Source of the DNA: a virus
Taxonomy: Duplodnaviria; Caudoviricetes
IMG/VR virus record: IMGVR_UViG_3300032234_001101
Span: 1-44,834 of that record
DNA: 44,834 nucleotides
Reading direction: 5' to 3' (one strand)
Shown piece after piece: positions 26,986 through 37,295 of the stretch. The number at the start of each line of letters is the position of its first letter. Position 1 is the stretch's first letter. A program made the translations under genes and the position numbers. Below the pieces are notes generated by a model. That model did no database searches. It worked only from the letters and a program-made list of their open reading frames with translations, and was not told the DNA's origin.

Positions 26986-27399
26986 ATGCCTAGTACTGCG
27001 ATCACCGCGCAGGGCATCACCATTGCCCGTTTCGGTACCACCACCTTTGAGACCATCCCCAACGTCGTGTCCTTCCAAGGACCCGGCGGCCAGGCATCGG
27101 TCATTGACGTCACCAATCTGGCATCGACTGCCAAGGAAAAGCGGGTGGGTCTTCGCGATGAAGGTCAGCTCTCTCTGTCGTTGCACTTCAACCCGGATGA
27201 CACCGTCCACCAGGGGCTGCGCACTGACCGCGCGAATCGCACCCGTCGGCAATTCAAGATCACCTTTACCGACACCACTCCGACCGCGACCTGGACCTTC
27301 TACGGCTATGTGACGCAGTTCAGCGTCCAGGGCGGCGTGGATGCGGTGGTTGAGGCGAGCGTCACGATTGAAATCGATGGCGACATTACGGAGGCATGA
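26986..27399 (+). CDS. Tail tube (major tail) protein
   Basis: IDVTNLAS...GLRDEGQLSL, FKITF, FYGYV. GGAGG RBS. Confidence 0.85.
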   Translation: MPSTAITAQGITIARFGTTTFETIPNVVSFQGPGGQASVIDVTNLASTAKEKRVGLRDEGQLSLSLHFNPDDTVHQGLRTDRANRTRRQFKITFTDTTPTATWTFYGYVTQFSVQGGVDAVVEASVTIEIDGDITEA

Positions 27400-27761
27400 A
27401 GCGCATGAATATTCTTTCCAAAGACGCCATCCTGGCTGCTGACGACCTGCCGCGCGAAACCGTTCACGTCCCCGAATGGGGTGGCGATGTGTACGTGCGC
27501 ACGATGAGCGGCACCGATCGCGATGCCTTCGAGACCAGTCTCATCGCCCGCGAGGGTGAGCGGGACGGTCGCATGGAAAACGTCCGAGCACGACTCGTGG
27601 CGCTCACCCTGTGTGATGAGAGCGGTGCACGCCTTTTTGAAGATAGCGAGATTGCTGCCCTGGGCCGCAAGAGCGCCCGGGCGCTCGATCGTGTCTTTGC
27701 GGTGGCCCAGCGGCTAAACGGCATCGGTACCGAGCAGGCGGCAGCCGCAAAAAAGGCCTAA
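27396..27761 (+). CDS. Tail assembly chaperone (gpG-like)
   Basis: VPEWGGDVYVRTMSG. Ends at the slippery sequence A AAA AAG. Confidence 0.85.
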   Translation: MKRMNILSKDAILAADDLPRETVHVPEWGGDVYVRTMSGTDRDAFETSLIAREGERDGRMENVRARLVALTLCDESGARLFEDSEIAALGRKSARALDRVFAVAQRLNGIGTEQAAAAKKA

Positions 27762-28090
27762 AGGCCAACCCCACCCGACGGTTCGTCTTTCGCCTGGCGC
27801 TTGCGCTGGGTATGCCGGTGCGCGAGCTGCTCGCTCGTATTGGATCTGACGAACTCACCGAGTGGATGGCCTTCTACCAAATCGAGCCTTTTGGCGACAT
27901 GCGTGCCGATCTCAGAAGCGGTGTGATTGCTTCAACCTTTGCGAACGCCAACAGGGCCAAACACGCCCGTGCGTTTTCGCCGGAAGACTTCATGCCCTTC
28001 GTGGAAAGGACCGAACCTCGGGACGATGCCCGCCTGAATGTGGCCCGATTCAAGGCACTTTTTGCCCACAAGGTGAAAAAGCATGGCTGA
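27749..28090 (+). CDS. gpT-like -1 frame of the tail chaperone (GT fusion 27396-28090)
   Basis: The -1 frame is open from A AAA AAG (27749-27755): GLKANPTRRFVFRLALALGMPVRELL...ELTEWMAFY. Confidence 0.85.
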   Translation, partial: KKGLKANPTRRFVFRLALALGMPVRELLARIGSDELTEWMAFYQIEPFGDMRADLRSGVIASTFANANRAKHARAFSPEDFMPFVERTEPRDDARLNVARFKALFAHKVKKHG

Positions 28091-30917
28091 CCTCGGCTCT
28101 CTCGTTGTCAAGCTCTCGGCCGAGACGTCTGAGTTTCGGGCGGATCTGGGCCGTACCGCGCGCCTTCTGGATCGCCATGCCAACGACATGAAGACCTCGC
28201 TCCAGCAGGTCGCAACGGTGGCCAAGACCGCTTTTGCGGTGGCTGTCGGTGCGGCCTCGGTTGGCGCTTTGCGCGATTTCATTGACCGGACGATTGAGGC
28301 AACGGCAGCTTTACAGCAGTTGTCCGAGCAGACCGGAGCCAGCACCACGGCCTTGTCAGGGCTGGCCCCCGTTGCGACGATCTCCGGCACCGCCATGGAG
28401 ACGATTGGCACCAATCTCTCCAAACTCTCTAAGGCCCTTGCCGGCGTGGATGACGAGGGGGCGGATGCCAGCAAGGCACTGCAGTTCCTTGGAATCACTG
28501 CCAAGGACTCTGGCGGGAATCTGCGCGATCCGGCAGAGGTGATCAACGATGTCGCTTTGAAACTTGCCCAGTTCGAGGATGGTGCTGGCAAAACGGCACT
28601 TGCCATGGACCTTTTTGGCAAGTCTGGTGCCTCGATGTTGCCCTTCTTGAAGGACCTTGCGGAAAACCAGAACCTCAACATCAGGCTTACCGCGCAGCAG
28701 ATCGAGGAGGCTGACAAGGCGTCCAAGGCTATGGCGCGGATGCGGGCTGAGAGCAGCTTTGTCTCCCAGACCCTTGTGACAAGCGCCATACCGGCGTTTT
28801 CGGTCCTGGCCGAGGAACTCAAGAAGATCCTGCTTGGGACTGATAACGCGGTCGCTGGCATCAGCCGGCTGCGCGACGATGGGACGCTTGCCAAATGGGC
28901 AGAGACTTCCGCGTATGCGATTGCGGTGCTTGTGGATAGTCTGCGGGCTATCTTCCAGGGCATCAAGGCTATCGTCGGCAGCTTTCAGGCGGTTTGGGCT
29001 GACATTGAGCTGGCCGGTGGATTCATCGCCCGTGGCGCCTTGCCAGGCCTTGTGATGGAGAGCAACCGCAAGGCACTGCGTGAGGCACTCGATAAGCGCA
29101 ACCAAATCGTCGAACAGGCTAACCGCAACTACGTCGATCTCTGGAACATGCCGCTGCTTGCTGATGCGGTGACCCAGCGCTTTGAGGAGATGCGCCGCAA
29201 TGCGCAGGCAGGTGCAAGCCCGCAAGGCGACAAGCCGCAGCGTCCCACCCTGCAGTACAACACGGCAAGCGACGCCAACCGCGCAGAGGCACTTGCGGGA
29301 ATCGAGCGCGGCGTCAAACGATTGCAGGATGCGCTAGATGTCGAGAGCGCGCTGCTCAAAGACCGTCAGCGGATCATTGATCTCTATGAAGGCCAAGGGT
29401 TTCTGACTTTTCAGGAGGGAAGTGCAGCCCGGATTGCAGCGCAGGAAGACTTCACCGAGCGGCTTCGCGCCAACATGGCTGAGGAAGAAGCCATCTTGAG
29501 GCGGGGTCTGGCCACCGTTGCCAAAACCACCCAGGAAAAAGCCAGACTCACGGCGCGACTCGAAGAGGTGATGTCCCGGCGCGCCCGACTCGAGCGCGAA
29601 GTTCAGATGGCAGGTCTTGAGCGAAACATCCGGGAACCCGGCGAGACGTTCAAGACCACGCTCGCGGACATTGAGCAGCGATCCAAGGCGCTTCAGGCAC
29701 TGGCTGACGATGAGGCGGCCATCATGCGAAGCCGCCAGCGTGTCATTGACCTTTACCAGGAGCAGGGCTACCTGCGCTTTCGGGAGGCCACCGATCTGCG
29801 GGCGAACGCGCAGCAGGACTACCTGGAGCGCTCGCGCACCTTCTTTGACCAGGAGGAGGCCCTACTACGCACGGCACTGGAAACCGTTGCCAAAACCGCT
29901 GAACAGCGCCGGCAAATTGAGGAGCGGCTTGCCACCCTGGCTGCCAAGCGCCAACGCATGGAGCGCGATGCCGCCCAGGTCACCCTGGAGAGGGCTATTC
30001 GCAGCCCCTTTGAAGCCTTGCGCGACATCCAGGAGCGGGCCTCGCGAGCCGAATCGGAATTCAAGACCCGCGAGGAGCAGGTAAGGCTACTGCGTGAGTC
30101 GGGAGCGATCAGCGAACTCGAGTCTTTGCGGCGTCTGGCCACCGCCAGAGAGGAAAGTGCTCGGCAACTTGAGCAGTTGGCATCCGAGGCGCGTGCAGTG
30201 GCTGAGGCTGCGCCTGGCAACGAGCGCTTTGCCGAAGCCATGCGCCAGATCGCTGAAGCGGCGCGTACTGCGGCTGCGGGTGCCAAGGAGCTGGGGCAGC
30301 GCGCCAAGGAGGTTGCCGAGCCCTTCACGGCTGGATTTCAAAAGGGGCTGAAAAGCTTTATCGAAGATGCCGAGGCCATGGGCAAGCAGATCGAGTCGAT
30401 CACGAGCCGAGCCTTCAACGGAATGACCGATGCGCTCACCCAGTTTGTGATGACCGGAAAGCTGGACTTCAAAAGTCTGGCCAACTCGATCATCTCCGAC
30501 CTCATTCGAATCCAGATTCAGCGGGCGATCACCATTCCGTTGGCCAACGCCATGATGGGCCTCTTTGGCTTTGCCAACGGGGGCGTCATGACCGGATCAG
30601 GCCCCATGGCGCTACGCAGCTATGCCTCGGGCGGCATTGCCAACTCGCCACAGTTGGCCCTCTTTGGCGAGGGCAGCAGGCCAGAAGCCTACGTGCCGCT
30701 GCCTGACGGCCGATCCATTCCGGTCACGATGAGCGGTGACGCGTCCGCAGGGGACGTCTTCAACATTTCGGTCAGCGTCTCCGATGCAGGAACGTCAAGC
30801 CGCGGGGATGACCCGGGCGGACGCGATCTTGGCCGGGCGATTGCCAGCGCCGTACGGCAAGAACTGCTTGCCCAAAAGCGCGCCGGTGGCCTGCTCGATG
30901 GCCGGAGGGCGGTGTAA
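28083..30917 (+). CDS. Tape measure protein (944 aa)
   Basis: LGSLVVKLSA start, Ala-rich helical sequence, lambda-type C-terminus (FVMTGKLDFKSLANSII, FGEGSRPEAYVPL). Confidence 0.93.
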   Translation: MADLGSLVVKLSAETSEFRADLGRTARLLDRHANDMKTSLQQVATVAKTAFAVAVGAASVGALRDFIDRTIEATAALQQLSEQTGASTTALSGLAPVATISGTAMETIGTNLSKLSKALAGVDDEGADASKALQFLGITAKDSGGNLRDPAEVINDVALKLAQFEDGAGKTALAMDLFGKSGASMLPFLKDLAENQNLNIRLTAQQIEEADKASKAMARMRAESSFVSQTLVTSAIPAFSVLAEELKKILLGTDNAVAGISRLRDDGTLAKWAETSAYAIAVLVDSLRAIFQGIKAIVGSFQAVWADIELAGGFIARGALPGLVMESNRKALREALDKRNQIVEQANRNYVDLWNMPLLADAVTQRFEEMRRNAQAGASPQGDKPQRPTLQYNTASDANRAEALAGIERGVKRLQDALDVESALLKDRQRIIDLYEGQGFLTFQEGSAARIAAQEDFTERLRANMAEEEAILRRGLATVAKTTQEKARLTARLEEVMSRRARLEREVQMAGLERNIREPGETFKTTLADIEQRSKALQALADDEAAIMRSRQRVIDLYQEQGYLRFREATDLRANAQQDYLERSRTFFDQEEALLRTALETVAKTAEQRRQIEERLATLAAKRQRMERDAAQVTLERAIRSPFEALRDIQERASRAESEFKTREEQVRLLRESGAISELESLRRLATAREESARQLEQLASEARAVAEAAPGNERFAEAMRQIAEAARTAAAGAKELGQRAKEVAEPFTAGFQKGLKSFIEDAEAMGKQIESITSRAFNGMTDALTQFVMTGKLDFKSLANSIISDLIRIQIQRAITIPLANAMMGLFGFANGGVMTGSGPMALRSYASGGIANSPQLALFGEGSRPEAYVPLPDGRSIPVTMSGDASAGDVFNISVSVSDAGTSSRGDDPGGRDLGRAIASAVRQELLAQKRAGGLLDGRRAV

Positions 30918-31256
30918 GTGGCGACCTTCACCTGGATCCCTTCGGTTGGAGCCAACCTGTCGATGCGGCCCACCGTGCGCCGTGTGGCCTTTGGCGATGG
31001 CTATGAGCAGCGTTTGGCCTTTGGCATTAACACCCAGCCTCAGGTCTGGTCGCTGGAGTTTCGGGGGCGCACCAGCACCGAGGCTGCCGCAATTGATGCG
31101 TTCTTGCGTGCACGGGGCGCCGTGCAGGCCTTTGATTGGACACCGCCTGGTGGCACTGCTGCCAAGTTCGTGTGCGAGGAGTGGAGTCGATCCGTGGATG
31201 AGCCCAACGTCGAATCGGTGCGGGTCACTTTCAAGCAGGTATTCGATTTGTCATGA
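30918..31256 (+). CDS. Minor tail protein, lambda gpM-like
   Basis: FGDGYEQR...GIN, FDWTPP, TFKQVF. Confidence 0.9.
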   Translation: MATFTWIPSVGANLSMRPTVRRVAFGDGYEQRLAFGINTQPQVWSLEFRGRTSTEAAAIDAFLRARGAVQAFDWTPPGGTAAKFVCEEWSRSVDEPNVESVRVTFKQVFDLS

Positions 31257-31957
31257 CCGCAGCCGCGATAACCGCTGAAATCCAGAAGCTTGCGCCCAGT
31301 AGCGTGATCGAACTCTTTGTGCTGGATCTGGCACTGTTTGGCCAGGGGCCGGTTCGCTTTCACGCTGGAACCAATGCCTTGCAGCAGCGGGTCGTCTGGC
31401 AGGGCAACGCCTATGAGGCATTTCCCATCGAGGTCGAAGGCTTCGAGTTCAATGGCAACGGACAGGTGCCCCGGCCGCGCCTGCGAGTAGCGAATGTCAC
31501 GGGCGCCATCACGGCGCTGGTGCTCACCTACCAGGACCTGGTGGGCGCCAAGATCACGCGCAAGAGGACGCTTGCGAAATACCTGGATGCTGTGAACTTT
31601 GAGGGCGGCGCCAATCCGACAGCCGATCCCTCGGCCGAATTCGCTGATGACGTGTACTACGTCGACCGCAAGTCCAGAGAAACGCGCGATGTGGTCGAGT
31701 TTGAGTTGGCCGCATCCTTTGACCTGGAGGGGGTCACACTCCCTCGTCGGCAGATCGTTCAAAACGTGTGCCCCTGGCGCTACCGGGGGTCCGAGTGCGG
31801 TTACACAGGCACGGCCTACCTCGATGCCAATGACCAGGCGGTGGGTTCCAGCAGCCTGGATATCTGCGGCAAGCGTCTGTCATCGTGCAAGGCCCGATTT
31901 GGGCAGAACGCTGAGTTGCCCTTTGGTGGCTTCCCGGCAGCTGGGCTGATTCGTTGA
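31253..31957 (+). CDS. Minor tail protein, lambda gpL-like
   Basis: WQGNAYEAFPIE, CPWRYRGSECGY, CGKRLSSC, PFGGFP (Fe-S cysteines). Confidence 0.93.
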   Translation: MTAAAITAEIQKLAPSSVIELFVLDLALFGQGPVRFHAGTNALQQRVVWQGNAYEAFPIEVEGFEFNGNGQVPRPRLRVANVTGAITALVLTYQDLVGAKITRKRTLAKYLDAVNFEGGANPTADPSAEFADDVYYVDRKSRETRDVVEFELAASFDLEGVTLPRRQIVQNVCPWRYRGSECGYTGTAYLDANDQAVGSSSLDICGKRLSSCKARFGQNAELPFGGFPAAGLIR

Positions 31958-32673
31958 TGCTGCCCGAGAACCAAGTCCTGGCGCTCGATCACGCCCGGCA
32001 AGCCTTCCCCCGCGAGTCGTGCGGACTCCTTGTGATCCGAAAAGGTCGGGAGGTGTATTGGCCGTGCCGAAACCTTGGTGTGGGAACCGATCAGTTCGTG
32101 ATTCACCCCGAGGACTACGCCAAAGCCGATGAGCAGGGCCAGATCCTTGCCGTGGTGCACAGCCACCCTGGGCTCCCGCCCGAGCCCAGTCAGGCCGACC
32201 GGGTAGCGTGCGAGGCCAGCGGCCTGCCTTGGCACATCGTGAGTGTGCCGAGCGACACCTGGGCAAGTATCGATCCGTCGGGTTACGTCGCTCCCTTGGT
32301 AGGCCGCGAATGGTCTCACGGCGTGCTCGACTGCTACGCCCTGGTGCGGGACTGGTTCCGAGCAGAGCGTGGGGTGGAATTGCCCAACTTCGCGCGCTTT
32401 GACGACTGGTGGAAGCGCGGGGAGAACCTCTACATGGAGAACTTTGCCCAGGCTGGCTTCTTTCCGGTAGGTGCGGACGAACTAAAGGTTGGGGACTGCT
32501 TCCTGATGCAGGTGGCGTCGCCCGTTCCGAATCACGCAGCGATCTATCTCGGAGACGGGCTGATCCTTCATCACTTGCAGGGGCGTCTTTCCAGCCGAGA
32601 CGTCTACGGCGGCTTTTGGCAAAAAGTCACAACACACATCCTCAGGCATGGTCACGATCATTCTTCTCGGTGA
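31957..32673 (+). CDS. Tail assembly protein, lambda gpK-like (JAB plus NlpC/P60)
   Basis: PRESCG, HSHP...SQAD, DCYALVRD, NHAAIY. Confidence 0.93.
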   Translation: MLPENQVLALDHARQAFPRESCGLLVIRKGREVYWPCRNLGVGTDQFVIHPEDYAKADEQGQILAVVHSHPGLPPEPSQADRVACEASGLPWHIVSVPSDTWASIDPSGYVAPLVGREWSHGVLDCYALVRDWFRAERGVELPNFARFDDWWKRGENLYMENFAQAGFFPVGADELKVGDCFLMQVASPVPNHAAIYLGDGLILHHLQGRLSSRDVYGGFWQKVTTHILRHGHDHSSR

Positions 32674-33241
32674 ACTTGGGCGCCTCTTCGGCCGCAGGCA
32701 CAGCCTGGCCATCTCATCGGCTGCCGAGGCCATTCGGGCGCTTACGGCCAATTTCCCAGCCTTCGAGCGGGAATTGGTGGCCTCAGGCGAGCGTGGTGTG
32801 GGCTACCGCGTACTGGCCGGCCGTGAGGCATTGACGCTGGACCGACTGCATGAGCCGACAGGACAGAGCCGCATCACGATTGCACCCGTAGTCTCCGGTG
32901 CGGGTGGCAATGGCCTGGGCCAGATCTTGCTGGGTGCAGCCCTGTTGGCCGTTGCCTGGTGGAACCCGCTGGGCTGGGCGGCTTCAGGTGCGTTTTTGTC
33001 GCAGGCTACGCTCTATTCGGTGGGCACCGCCATGATTCTGGGTGGCGTGGCGCAGATGATTGCGCCCACCCCAAAAGCCACCGAGCCCTCTGAGCGCCCA
33101 GAAAATAAGCCCAGCTACAGTTTCAATGGTGCGGTCAACACCACCGCCCAAGGCCATCCCGTGCCGGTGGGTTACGGCCGATTGATAGTGGGCTCGGCGG
33201 TGATCAGCGCCGGCATTGACGTGGATGAGATCGCCGCATGA
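32648..33241 (+). CDS. Tail assembly protein, lambda gpI-like
   Basis: LLGELGRLFGR, EAIRAL, NTTAQGHPVPVGYG. Confidence 0.92.
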   Translation: MVTIILLGELGRLFGRRHSLAISSAAEAIRALTANFPAFERELVASGERGVGYRVLAGREALTLDRLHEPTGQSRITIAPVVSGAGGNGLGQILLGAALLAVAWWNPLGWAASGAFLSQATLYSVGTAMILGGVAQMIAPTPKATEPSERPENKPSYSFNGAVNTTAQGHPVPVGYGRLIVGSAVISAGIDVDEIAA

Positions 33242-36200
33242 GCCAACTCATCATTGGGGCGGGCGGTGGCGGCAAAGGCGGTGGAGGAAGCGCCCGTGTG
33301 GCGCAAGAGGCCCCCGACAGCCTGCGTTCCAAAGCCTATGCGCGAGTGGTTGACCTCATTTCCGAGGGTGAGATCGAGGGGCTGGTCGACGGCCTGCAAT
33401 CGGTCTACCTGGACGACACGCCGATTCAGAACCCTGATGGCTCGACCAACTTCTCAGGCGTCACCCTGGAGACCCGTAACGGCAGCCAGCAGCAAAGCTA
33501 CGTGCCAGGCTTTTCGTCTGTTGAAAACGAAGTGGTCGTTGGCGTCGAGGTCAAGGCGAGCCAGCCGGTGGTGCGCTCCATCACTGATCCGGATGTGGAT
33601 GCCGTTAGGGTAAAGGTCAGCGTGCCGCAGTTGACCAACCAGGACACGACCAATGGCGATCTCAATGGCAGCACGGTGAACTTTGCGATCGATCGCCAAG
33701 TGAACGGCGGTGGGTTCGTGGAGATGATCAACGACACGATCTCCGGCAAGACCACGACCAAGTACCAGCGCAGCTACTACGTGCCTCTCACGGGTAGTGG
33801 CCCCTGGGATATCCGTGTGCGCCGGATCACGGCAGACTCCACGTCGAGTGCGGTCCAGAACAAGACCTTTGTGGAGTCCTACACCGAGGTCATTGAAAGC
33901 AAACTGCGCTACCCCAACAGTGCCTTGGTGGCGCTTCGGGTCGATGCCTCCCAGTTCTCGAACATCCCGCGGCGCAGCTACGACATGAAGTTGCTGCGGG
34001 TTCGTGTTCCTGTGAACTACGACCCAGCCACGCGCGCTTACAGCGGTGTGTGGAATGGCACTTTCAAGATTGCCTGGACCGATAACCCTGCCTGGTGCTT
34101 TTACGACCTGGTGACCAGCACTCGCTATGGCTTGGGTGGCTACATCCCTGAAGCCCAAGTCGACAAGTGGGCGCTCTACCGGGTGGCTCAATACTGCGAC
34201 CAGTTGGTCCCCAACGGGCTGGGCGGTGTCGAGCCGCGCTTTACCTGCAACCTGTACCTCCAGACGCGGGAGCAGGCCTACAAGGTCGTGCAGGACATGG
34301 CCTCGATCTTTCGGGGCATGGTGTACTGGTCCGGTGGCGCGATCACGGTCACGCAGGATGCGCCTGCCGATCCGGTCTACCAATTCGCACCCAGCAATGT
34401 CGTGGATGGCGAATTTGCCTATCAGGGGTCTTCGGCGAAGGCGCGGCACACGGTGGCCTTGGTCACATGGAACGACCCCGAAGACTTTTACCGCCAGAAG
34501 GTGGAGTACGTCGAGGACGCTGCCGGCATCGCCCGCTACGGCATCGTGCAAAGCGAAGTCGTGGCGCTGGGATGCACCTCAAGGGGCCAGGCTCACCGCG
34601 TGGGTAAGTGGCTCTTGTATTCCGAGCAGTCGGAATCCGAGATCGTCACCTTCCGCACGGGCCTGGAGGGTGCCGTGGTGCGTCCGGGTGACGTCATCAA
34701 GGTCGCTGATCCAGTTCGAGGCGGCATGCGCCTTGGGGGCAGAATCGCTGCGGCAACTGCCAGCACGGTCACTTTGGATCAGGACCTGCCAGCGGATCTC
34801 CCATGGCGGCTATCGGTCATTCTGCCTACTGGGTTGGTTCAGGAGCGGCTGGTAGGTCCGATTTCGGGTCGAGCCCTGACGGTGACGATACCGTTCAGTG
34901 CGGTGCCGCAGGCTGGCGCCATTTGGGTGCTTTCATCAATCATCATCGAGCCGCAACTCTTTCGGGTGGTTGCTGTCGCCGAGCGGGACCCTGGAGTGCA
35001 CGAGGTCACCGCACTCGCTCACAACCCGAGCAAGTTCGATGCGATTGAAAAAGGGCTGGCATTGCAGCCCCGCTCGCTCACCGTCCTTTCGGACATGCCA
35101 CCAGCACCGAGTGGGCTCTCCATGCAAGAGAGCCTGTACCGGGTCAAAGACCAGGCGCAGGTGCTGGTTCAGGTGTCCTGGAACGAGGTGCAGACCGCTG
35201 TTGCGTACCGGCTGTCCTACCGGGTGGGCGGTGGCAACTTCGTGAGCCTGCCGCTCACCAGTGCCAACTACGTCGAAATCCGGGATGCGCAAGAGGGCGC
35301 GTATGAATTCAGTCTGCGTGCGATCGGGATCACGCGCAAGGAGAGTGTTCCTGCGACCCTGAGCGCAACGGTTCTGGGTAAGACCCTGCCGCCGTCTGAT
35401 GTCACGGGCTTCTCGGTCCAGCGCCGGGTCTCCGATCTGCTGATTTCTTGGGATGAACTACAAGATGCAGACCTTTCCGGCTACGAGGTCCGCGTGGGTG
35501 CTGGCTGGGATAACGGCCAGTTGGTGGCCAAGACCGCGGGCACGCAGATGGTCCACGACCAAAGCGCGGCTGGCCTTTACCCGTATCACATTCGGGCCTA
35601 CGACACCTCAGGCAATTACAGCGCCCACGTCACAACCTTTGTGCTGAGCCTGCAAGCGCCCACTACCGTGCGTCAGTTCGATGTGGTGCAGTCGGCGAAC
35701 CGGCTGGAGTTTCGGTGGCAGCCTAATCCAGAGCCTGAAGTTGTCGGGTATGAGCTTCGTGAGGGCGCGGCCTGGGATGCCTCGCTCTTTGTGGCCGAGG
35801 TCAAGTCCACCAGCTACACGCTTCCCTCGGGGTTTGATGGAGAGCGCAAGTTTTGGATCAAGGCGATTGCCTCCCCAGGCATCTACAGTGACACGCCGAC
35901 CTTTGTCTCGACCGTAGTTGCCCAGCCGCAGAACGCCAATTTGATCCTGGCGCGCGATGAGCAGGCGCTAGGATTTCCTGGTACCAAGCACTTCGCTTCG
36001 GTCGTCTCGGTCAACGGTCGAAATGTGCTGCGCATGAGCACCGGTGCCCAGGTGGCTGAGTACCTGTTTGAGGTGGATCTTGTCTCCCCCATCCGCGCGC
36101 AGAACACGCTGCTCAATAGCCTCGGGGCTTCGGTCGATGACCGCACCACTTGGCTGGAGGCGAATTTCCCTTGGAGCAGCGATGCTGCAAGGCGTCAGTG

Positions 36201-36750
36201 GGCTTATGACGGTGCGATTGCCAATGTCGATGCCCGGTTTCAGATCGCCAGGGAAGATGCACTGCAAGCCGGTGAAGTCTACGGCTGGCGTCTGAACGGT
36301 TCTACCGCAGGCCTTGACGGTGGATTTGGCAGTCCAGTCTCCAGCCAGGCGGCAGGCGTAGCCTATGCCGCCGGCCGGTACGGCGACGGTCTCATGGTCA
36401 GAGACACCACCCGTGTGGCCTGGACGGTGAGCATCCCGTCGGTGTTTCACACCTCCTTTTGGTTCATACCGGCAGAGGTCACCACCTGCGTGATCTGGGC
36501 AGCTCTTGGCCCCGCAGGATCGCTCCTGGTGGGCTATGACGCCACAACGGCTGCGTTCTTTTTGGAGGACCAACTGTCCAGACGAGTGAGCGTACCCTTC
36601 GGGATATCGGTCACAGATCGCGTGTGCATTGGCGTGTGCCAGACCACCACCGAGCGACGGCTTTTTGTCGGTCGGATGGGCGGCGATGTTGAGTCAGCCA
36701 GTTCGGCGCTTGCGCCAATCGGAGGCATTACCAGTTTGCGTCTGTACTAG
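33238..36750 (+). CDS. Central tail tip/host-specificity protein, lambda gpJ-like (1170 aa)
   Basis: DLISEGEIEGLV, YPNSAL, WTDNPAW, EPRFTCN, GCTSRGQAHR. Tandem FN3-like domains and a beta-sandwich-like C-terminus. Confidence 0.93.
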   Translation: MSQLIIGAGGGGKGGGGSARVAQEAPDSLRSKAYARVVDLISEGEIEGLVDGLQSVYLDDTPIQNPDGSTNFSGVTLETRNGSQQQSYVPGFSSVENEVVVGVEVKASQPVVRSITDPDVDAVRVKVSVPQLTNQDTTNGDLNGSTVNFAIDRQVNGGGFVEMINDTISGKTTTKYQRSYYVPLTGSGPWDIRVRRITADSTSSAVQNKTFVESYTEVIESKLRYPNSALVALRVDASQFSNIPRRSYDMKLLRVRVPVNYDPATRAYSGVWNGTFKIAWTDNPAWCFYDLVTSTRYGLGGYIPEAQVDKWALYRVAQYCDQLVPNGLGGVEPRFTCNLYLQTREQAYKVVQDMASIFRGMVYWSGGAITVTQDAPADPVYQFAPSNVVDGEFAYQGSSAKARHTVALVTWNDPEDFYRQKVEYVEDAAGIARYGIVQSEVVALGCTSRGQAHRVGKWLLYSEQSESEIVTFRTGLEGAVVRPGDVIKVADPVRGGMRLGGRIAAATASTVTLDQDLPADLPWRLSVILPTGLVQERLVGPISGRALTVTIPFSAVPQAGAIWVLSSIIIEPQLFRVVAVAERDPGVHEVTALAHNPSKFDAIEKGLALQPRSLTVLSDMPPAPSGLSMQESLYRVKDQAQVLVQVSWNEVQTAVAYRLSYRVGGGNFVSLPLTSANYVEIRDAQEGAYEFSLRAIGITRKESVPATLSATVLGKTLPPSDVTGFSVQRRVSDLLISWDELQDADLSGYEVRVGAGWDNGQLVAKTAGTQMVHDQSAAGLYPYHIRAYDTSGNYSAHVTTFVLSLQAPTTVRQFDVVQSANRLEFRWQPNPEPEVVGYELREGAAWDASLFVAEVKSTSYTLPSGFDGERKFWIKAIASPGIYSDTPTFVSTVVAQPQNANLILARDEQALGFPGTKHFASVVSVNGRNVLRMSTGAQVAEYLFEVDLVSPIRAQNTLLNSLGASVDDRTTWLEANFPWSSDAARRQWAYDGAIANVDARFQIAREDALQAGEVYGWRLNGSTAGLDGGFGSPVSSQAAGVAYAAGRYGDGLMVRDTTRVAWTVSIPSVFHTSFWFIPAEVTTCVIWAALGPAGSLLVGYDATTAAFFLEDQLSRRVSVPFGISVTDRVCIGVCQTTTERRLFVGRMGGDVESASSALAPIGGITSLRLY

Positions 36751-36779
36751 ACCGCGGCTTTTCAACCTATCCCCAACCG

Positions 36780-36815
36780 TGGCGCTGCCCTCGAAAGAGA
36801 CAGCGCCATTTCTTT
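36780..36815 (+). terminator. Terminator-like hairpin after gpJ
   Basis: TGGCGCTG-CCCTC-GAAA-GAGA-CAGCGCCA followed by TTTCTTT. Confidence 0.6.
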
Positions 36816-36843
36816 ATCCATTTCCATTTCACGAGGACTTTTC

Positions 36844-37290
36844 ATGATCGACGAATCCATGCAGCTTCACGGCGCAATGACGCTGATTCTTCGCCGCGCA
36901 AACGGTGAAGTTGAGACGGTCCACAAGGACAACATCATCGTCAACGTCGGCTTTGACTTCATCGCTGACGCCATTGGCAAAGCTGCCAGCCGACCCGGCG
37001 TGATGGGCTTCATTGCGCTGGGTACCGGCACGACTGCGGCGGCTGCCACTCAGTCGGCGCTGGTGACCGAAATTGACCGAAATGCTGCGACCTACGCGCA
37101 CACGGCAGGAACCAAGACTTTCACATTCAGCGCGGACTTCCTCGCAGGCGACAGCACCGGTGCCCTGACCGAAGCGGGGGTATTCAACGCATCGACTGGG
37201 GGCATCATGCTCGATCGCGTTGTCTTCCCAGTGGTCAACAAGGGTGCAGATGACAGTCTGACCGCGGTCTTCACCTTCACGATGAGCTGA
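36844..37290 (+). CDS. Putative tail fibre-associated structural protein (148 aa)
   Basis: NIIVNVG, IALGTG, LTEAGVFNA, KGADDSL, resembling fibre N-terminal/attachment domains. GAGGA RBS. Confidence 0.65.
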   Translation: MIDESMQLHGAMTLILRRANGEVETVHKDNIIVNVGFDFIADAIGKAASRPGVMGFIALGTGTTAAAATQSALVTEIDRNAATYAHTAGTKTFTFSADFLAGDSTGALTEAGVFNASTGGIMLDRVVFPVVNKGADDSLTAVFTFTMS

Positions 37291-37295
37291 TCGAG

